64,000 nt of DNA from Blastocystis sp. Blastoise (taxonomy: Eukaryota; Protista; Bigyra: Opalinata): positions 248,001 to 312,000 of the forward strand of contig JBBPEB010000024.1 in assembly GCA_039096225.1 (NCBI GenBank), written 5' to 3'. The position numbers were made by a program, and so were the translations under genes. Below, in pieces: positions 59,111 to 64,000 of this stretch (its first letter is position 1; the number at the start of each line of letters is the position of its first letter). The notes beneath the pieces are model-generated. The model made no database searches and was not told the origin of the DNA. It saw only the letters and a list, made by a program, of their open reading frames with translations.

Positions 59111-61581
59111 AAGAAGTCATATACATATATATATTTTTATTGTCTATTAACTTTTATATATGTCTTCTATTATGTTATATTTAATTATATATTATTCATT
59201 TTGTTTTGTAAATATTATAGAATGAGATTATTGTAAAGAATTCTTTTCGAATAAAGTAAAATGGAATACGTATTAATCCTGTTTATATTTTTATTAGATT
59301 TTATTATTTTATGTTGATAACAACTTGCAAACCTTCTCAATTCATTCACTTACTTATAATATCAACAATCCATTAAAATAAAATATATTATAATAAAAAT
59401 GTTCGTAAAATGTGAATTATGACTTTCTAAACAACTATGTCAAATATATATTTTTATTCTCTATGGCATTTATATTATGAATCAAATACTATTATATATA
59501 TATTGCTCACAAATGTTTTAAATTGAAATTACATTCTGTTAAAAATAACAATTTTTTGTTCTTTTAAGTCTAGAAACATGTTGTAATGAAGTAATCTAGC
59601 TTAATACATATAAAATACATTTATAACTCAATTTAGCATTCAAATAGACGTTTTAGTAGAAAAAAGGAGAATTTTAGAGAATTGATAACCCCTGGAAATA
59701 AAGAAATTTATAGAGACTTTTATTATAGAAAAAAAAAGATTTTCTGTATTTTTAGGGCCATGTATGTATTTTTAAAATAAATTCTAAAAAGTTTCATATT
59801 TATTTTTATTTTTAATTGATTCGCAACTATTTTATATAGTTTTTAAAATGTATACTATATAATTTATTTATTTTATATCATATAGGCTTACGGGTCCGTC
59901 GAAATAGCTTCAAATAGGTCCTGATTATTCTTCATATTTTAAAGTTAACTCATGAGTTGTGTGGTTTAGGTGATCCGAAATCCGGTGCTATAAAAGGTAT
60001 ATTTTTTTCCATTGTTGTAGTTTTTTTATTAATATTATCTTCTATAGGTTCAGATGTTGTAGGAGGTCTCCCTAGTCGACAACTCCATGGTTCTAAAGGT
60101 ATTTAATTATATTAATATTTTTTGAAATTAACTATTTTTTATTTTTATATAGGTTCTAGGTTTTCTCAGTGGTTCCGATTGGTCAACAATTTCTTGATGG
60201 TTGAAGGTATATTATTATATTATATATATTTGTTTACATCTATTTTTATAGTTGTGGTTTTTCTTCATGGAGTCGCTTTAGAAGTTTTATTACAAGGTAT
60301 ATATTTATTTATTATCTATATTATTATTATTTCTATTATTTTTATATGTATAGTCATCAAAATGGTTCCCAACTTAGTTAAAACAAACAAAATAATTATT
60401 ATTTTTCTTATTTTTTTTATTTTTCTTATTGTTTTAATTATTATATTATTATTTATTGTCTTTTGTTAATATAATTTTAATTATCATTCACACAACGATT
60501 AATTAAATAAATAAGACAGGTTTTATCCAACAAATAGCACCCAAATTTTATCTTAAAAATACATGATAATGTGTTTAAAATGTGTATTAGAGAAAAATAT
60601 AGATACCTTTAGAGCAGATAAAATACAAATAGACATATATTTGCCTTGTGTTAGAAAAGAAAAACACCAAAAACTGCTCTTAAAAAAAAAGATGCCAGCT
60701 GGGTCAGACGTGTTAGATAACTTCCTGGCATATGGTTAGAGAAGAAAATGGCTCATTTTTTAGATAAGGTTTTGTTACCCAATAGATAGATTTTTTTACT
60801 AAAAACAAAATGCCTACTAGTGAATAGACAGATATTTGCCTTGTGTTAGAAAAGAAAAACACTAAAAACTGCTCTTAAAAAAAAAGATGCCAGCTGGGTC
60901 AAACGTGTTAGATAACTTCCTGGCATATGGTTAGAGAAGATTTTTTGTCGTTAGATAAGAAAATAGCCCATTTTTTAGATAAGGTTTTGGTTACCCAATA
61001 GATAGATTTTTTTACTAAAAAACAAAATGCCTACTAGTGTATATCATAAAATACTTCTTAATGAATTATTGAAAAGAATTACTCTTGAATCATTTTATAT
61101 ATATGTATTTTATAATTATTTATTTGTGAATTTATGCTGTACTACAGTATAGAAACAATTCTATTTGTTAAGAGTTTTGTTTATCATATTTACAATTCGA
61201 ATTAGTTAACTTTTTGTTAATAATAGAAATAATACTCTAATATATAGAATGATAACGATTGAAATATGTTTATAATCATATCTTTATTAATAAATTTGAT
61301 TGATTTCAAGAAACGATTACATTAAAATCTATTTTTCTAAAAACTTTATGGCTTGCCCAATTTTACATGTCAAATATGATAAAACAAAACTTGTTAAAAG
61401 TCTCAAATAGAGCTATTGAAAAATAGCAAAAAATAAGAATAATAATAAGTTAAGTCTAATTTTATTCGTACAAATCGTAAATAAAATCATTTCGAAAATA
61501 ATTTTATTCGAAATCACTAAAATTATCCTGGGAAACAAGAATTTTATTCAGACCCAAAGAAATTTTATTAGGACTGTAGAT

Positions 61582-61696
61582 GTCTGTCTAAATTTTAAAA
61601 GTATGTTTAAAAAAAAGGCGAGAACGCTTTGGTGTGTTTTCGTTATCTAACGTGACCCAAAAACATGTCTAACGCCAAAAAACGTGCCTACCAGTG
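61582..61696 (-). mobile_element. Solo CACTA left-end fragment (inverted copy of 53944-54057)
   Basis: Reverse-complement match ending ...TGCCTACCAGTG; abuts the Tc1 right TA. Confidence 0.8.
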
Positions 61697-61850
61697 AATA
61701 AAAGCAAAAAGTGATTTTAATGATGCTATTTATTAAATTAAAAAAAAGTAGTTTCTATTACTTTTTAAATACATTAATAATAATAGAAGAAAAGTAGATT
61801 TTTTTTTTAATGAATAAAAACTTATTAACAAATATGCATATATATATAAA

Positions 61851-61974
61851 TTAAATAGGTAATTGAGAAGGTTCAATAAGAATTTCATTAACACCACAAT
61901 AGGATGGTTGAGTCACAGCGTAATATTAATTAAAGAATATATATATGTATTGTATATTATATTTATATATATTG

Positions 61975-62008
<34 letters not shown>

Positions 62009-62809
62009 AAGGATATAAAATAAACAGCATTAAAAATATCTTTTGTTTTTAATATATCAACATCATTTCCATTTCCATAATATCTATATATATATATATA
62101 AAGTATTATATACACATATATAAAATAAATAGATATACTAATGGATAGAAATATGAATATATATATAAATATAATAGATAAATACATATTGGTAGATATA
62201 TATGAACATATATTTGATATTATTTAATAAATAATAAAAAAAGAAATATTAATATGTATAAAAAATAAGAATTATATATATATATATATATATATATACT
62301 GATCAATAGCATTTGTATCAGTCGATCCCCAACCAATATCAGTACTTACATCTCCGGGTTGAATAACAGTAACACGAATATTATATTTTTTCAATTCTCT
62401 TCTTAAACCTATTGATAATCCCTCAACAAAATATTTTGATGCACAATAAACAGTTAAACAATCAAAATGCTATATATATAAACATATTTTTTTAAATTTT
62501 TAGGTACAATAAAACAATAAATACATATAAATAAATATCTAAAATAAAAAATGTATATAATAATAATAGCAATAATCATTGACAAGGGATACATTAATAT
62601 AAATAATATATATTAAAGCTAATATATAACAGAAGATATATTTTAATAATATAAAAAAATATACATAAAAAAATATATACGCAAAAAAAAATATACATAT
62701 ATATATACTCTTTTACCTGCATCGCTAGAAATATTAACAATATGACCAAAATTTTGTTTTTTCATAATTTCTACGCATGCACCAACTCCATTTAATACTC
62801 CCTATAATC

Positions 62810-62842
<33 letters not shown>

Positions 62843-63292
62843 AATAGACATATCATCATAAAAATAATGTAAAAAACAAAAAGCAAAAAGAATAATAATA
62901 ATACTAACAAAATTAGAATAGAAATAGCAAATGTATTCATCATATACTTTACAGTTAACATCGACGATCGTGTTCCACTCATCTTCATGAACATTTTCCA
63001 TCAATGTAATTGGCATAACACCAGCATTATTAATCCAAATATCTATTCGGCCGAATTTCTCAAATACTTTATTAGCAAATTCTTTAAGTTGTTCACGTTT
63101 TGTTACATCAGCTACTTGATAGTATACCTCACATCCTAAAGCTTCTATTTTATGACCAAGATCAACAATATCACCTTCTTTTCTTGAACAAATACCAATC
63201 TTATAATTCTTCTTAGCAAATCCTAAAGCTAATCCAGCACCAATACCACGAGAGGCACCTGTTATACATACAACTTTCTCAGTTTCACTCAT
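61851..63292 (-). CDS. Host short-chain dehydrogenase/reductase; exons 63292-62948, 62801-62709, 62469-62300, 62082-62017, 61919-61851
   Basis: ITGASRGIG, NNAG, NISS, YCASK, QPG; three GT-AG introns and one AT-AC intron give a continuous SDR. Confidence 0.92.
61920..62016 (-). other. U12-type (minor spliceosome) AT-AC intron, 97 nt
   Basis: 5' ATATCCTT, branch-like TTCTTTAAT close to a 3' AC; removal restores NAVYF|AVTQP. Confidence 0.85.
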
Positions 63293-64000
63293 ATTTGAAA
63301 AGATTAACAACTCTATAAAAATGTAAATTTTCATAAATATTTTGATACTTTCCCTTAATAAATAAAAAAAATCATATTTTACTGAAATCATTATTTTTTT
63401 AAAAATATAAACGAATTAAACTATTTATTAACTGTATGTTAACAAGTGTCAAAGGTTGTGATTATTCAAAATAAAAATATAAAAGTATCACTGAATATAT
63501 TATTTAGTAAAAGAATAATCATGATGTTTTTTTTTGTAAATTCACATGAAAGACATATTAAATAGTAAATCCAAATTATTTTGTGTAATATTGTTTAGTG
63601 AAAAATAAAAACAACATGAATAACGTTCAAAAACTTAATTAATTTACTTTTTTTTCAGAAATACTTTTCATTTGAATAATATAATTGAAAGCATCCATTG
63701 GAGTCGTCTTATAAATATCAATGGAATCCAATATAGATAAAATCTATAAAATATTTCTAAACATAAAAGAAAAAATATATACTTTATTTTCTTTTTGTGA
63801 ATCGTATTCAATTATATTTGGTATAGTACATGAAGAAACAGAATTAGTTGTTTGTTCAGTTTTATGTATACTACAGTTTTTGCTAATTATATTAGGATCT
63901 ATTTTTGATAAATAACTGTTATAATTATAATTTTCATTTGAGGATTTCTCTAGTTTTTCAAGAATATAATTATATATTGAGTTATAATTATTTTTTTGTG

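Larger units (their letters stand above)
53944..61039 (+). mobile_element. Non-autonomous CACTA-type element carrying host-like exons
   Basis: TAT|CACTAGTAGGCA...TGCCTACTAGTG|TAT (12-bp TIR, 3-bp TSD); GTTAGATA subterminal repeats; right end tandemly duplicated (ends at 60822 and 61039). Confidence 0.85.
52395..61576 (+). mobile_element. IS630/Tc1/mariner element (~2.1 kb) split by a 7.1-kb insertion
   Basis: TA|CAGTCC...GGACTG|TA; ~155-bp TIRs at 52395-52549 and 61421-61576. Confidence 0.88.

Noticed and set aside
63721-63915. Start of a host gene
   Set aside because: Short, no recognisable motif, and at the window edge.

Overview
Very AT-rich, intron-containing eukaryotic DNA made almost entirely of nested mobile elements. 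The host is inferred to be a protist, possibly Blastocystis-like, from a TGTTTTGTT 3' motif and an AT-AC intron. 1-18828 is the right part of an endogenous Polinton-like virus (PLV). It encodes a primase-SF3 helicase, a tyrosine recombinase, two penton-like and two major-capsid-like genes and an A32 packaging ATPase, and ends in a ~900-bp terminal repeat with a GC-rich hairpin. 44461-52012 is a near-identical, inverted, truncated second copy. It supplies the missing left arm: SSB-like gene, core-like protein, adenain-like protease, second tyrosine recombinase and a candidate Pol III small RNA. Together the copies suggest a ~25-kb TIR-bounded virus with no visible DNA polymerase or DDE integrase, whose replication/recombination genes sit behind long heat-shock-element arrays. 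Between and after the copies are an intact RLE-type non-LTR retrotransposon flanked by two inverted MITEs, an intron-containing autonomous Helitron with a nested non-autonomous relative, a decayed IS630/Tc1 element split by a CACTA-ended element carrying host-like exons, and a host SDR gene with a U12-type intron. All protein family calls come from motif recognition by eye; no database search was run.
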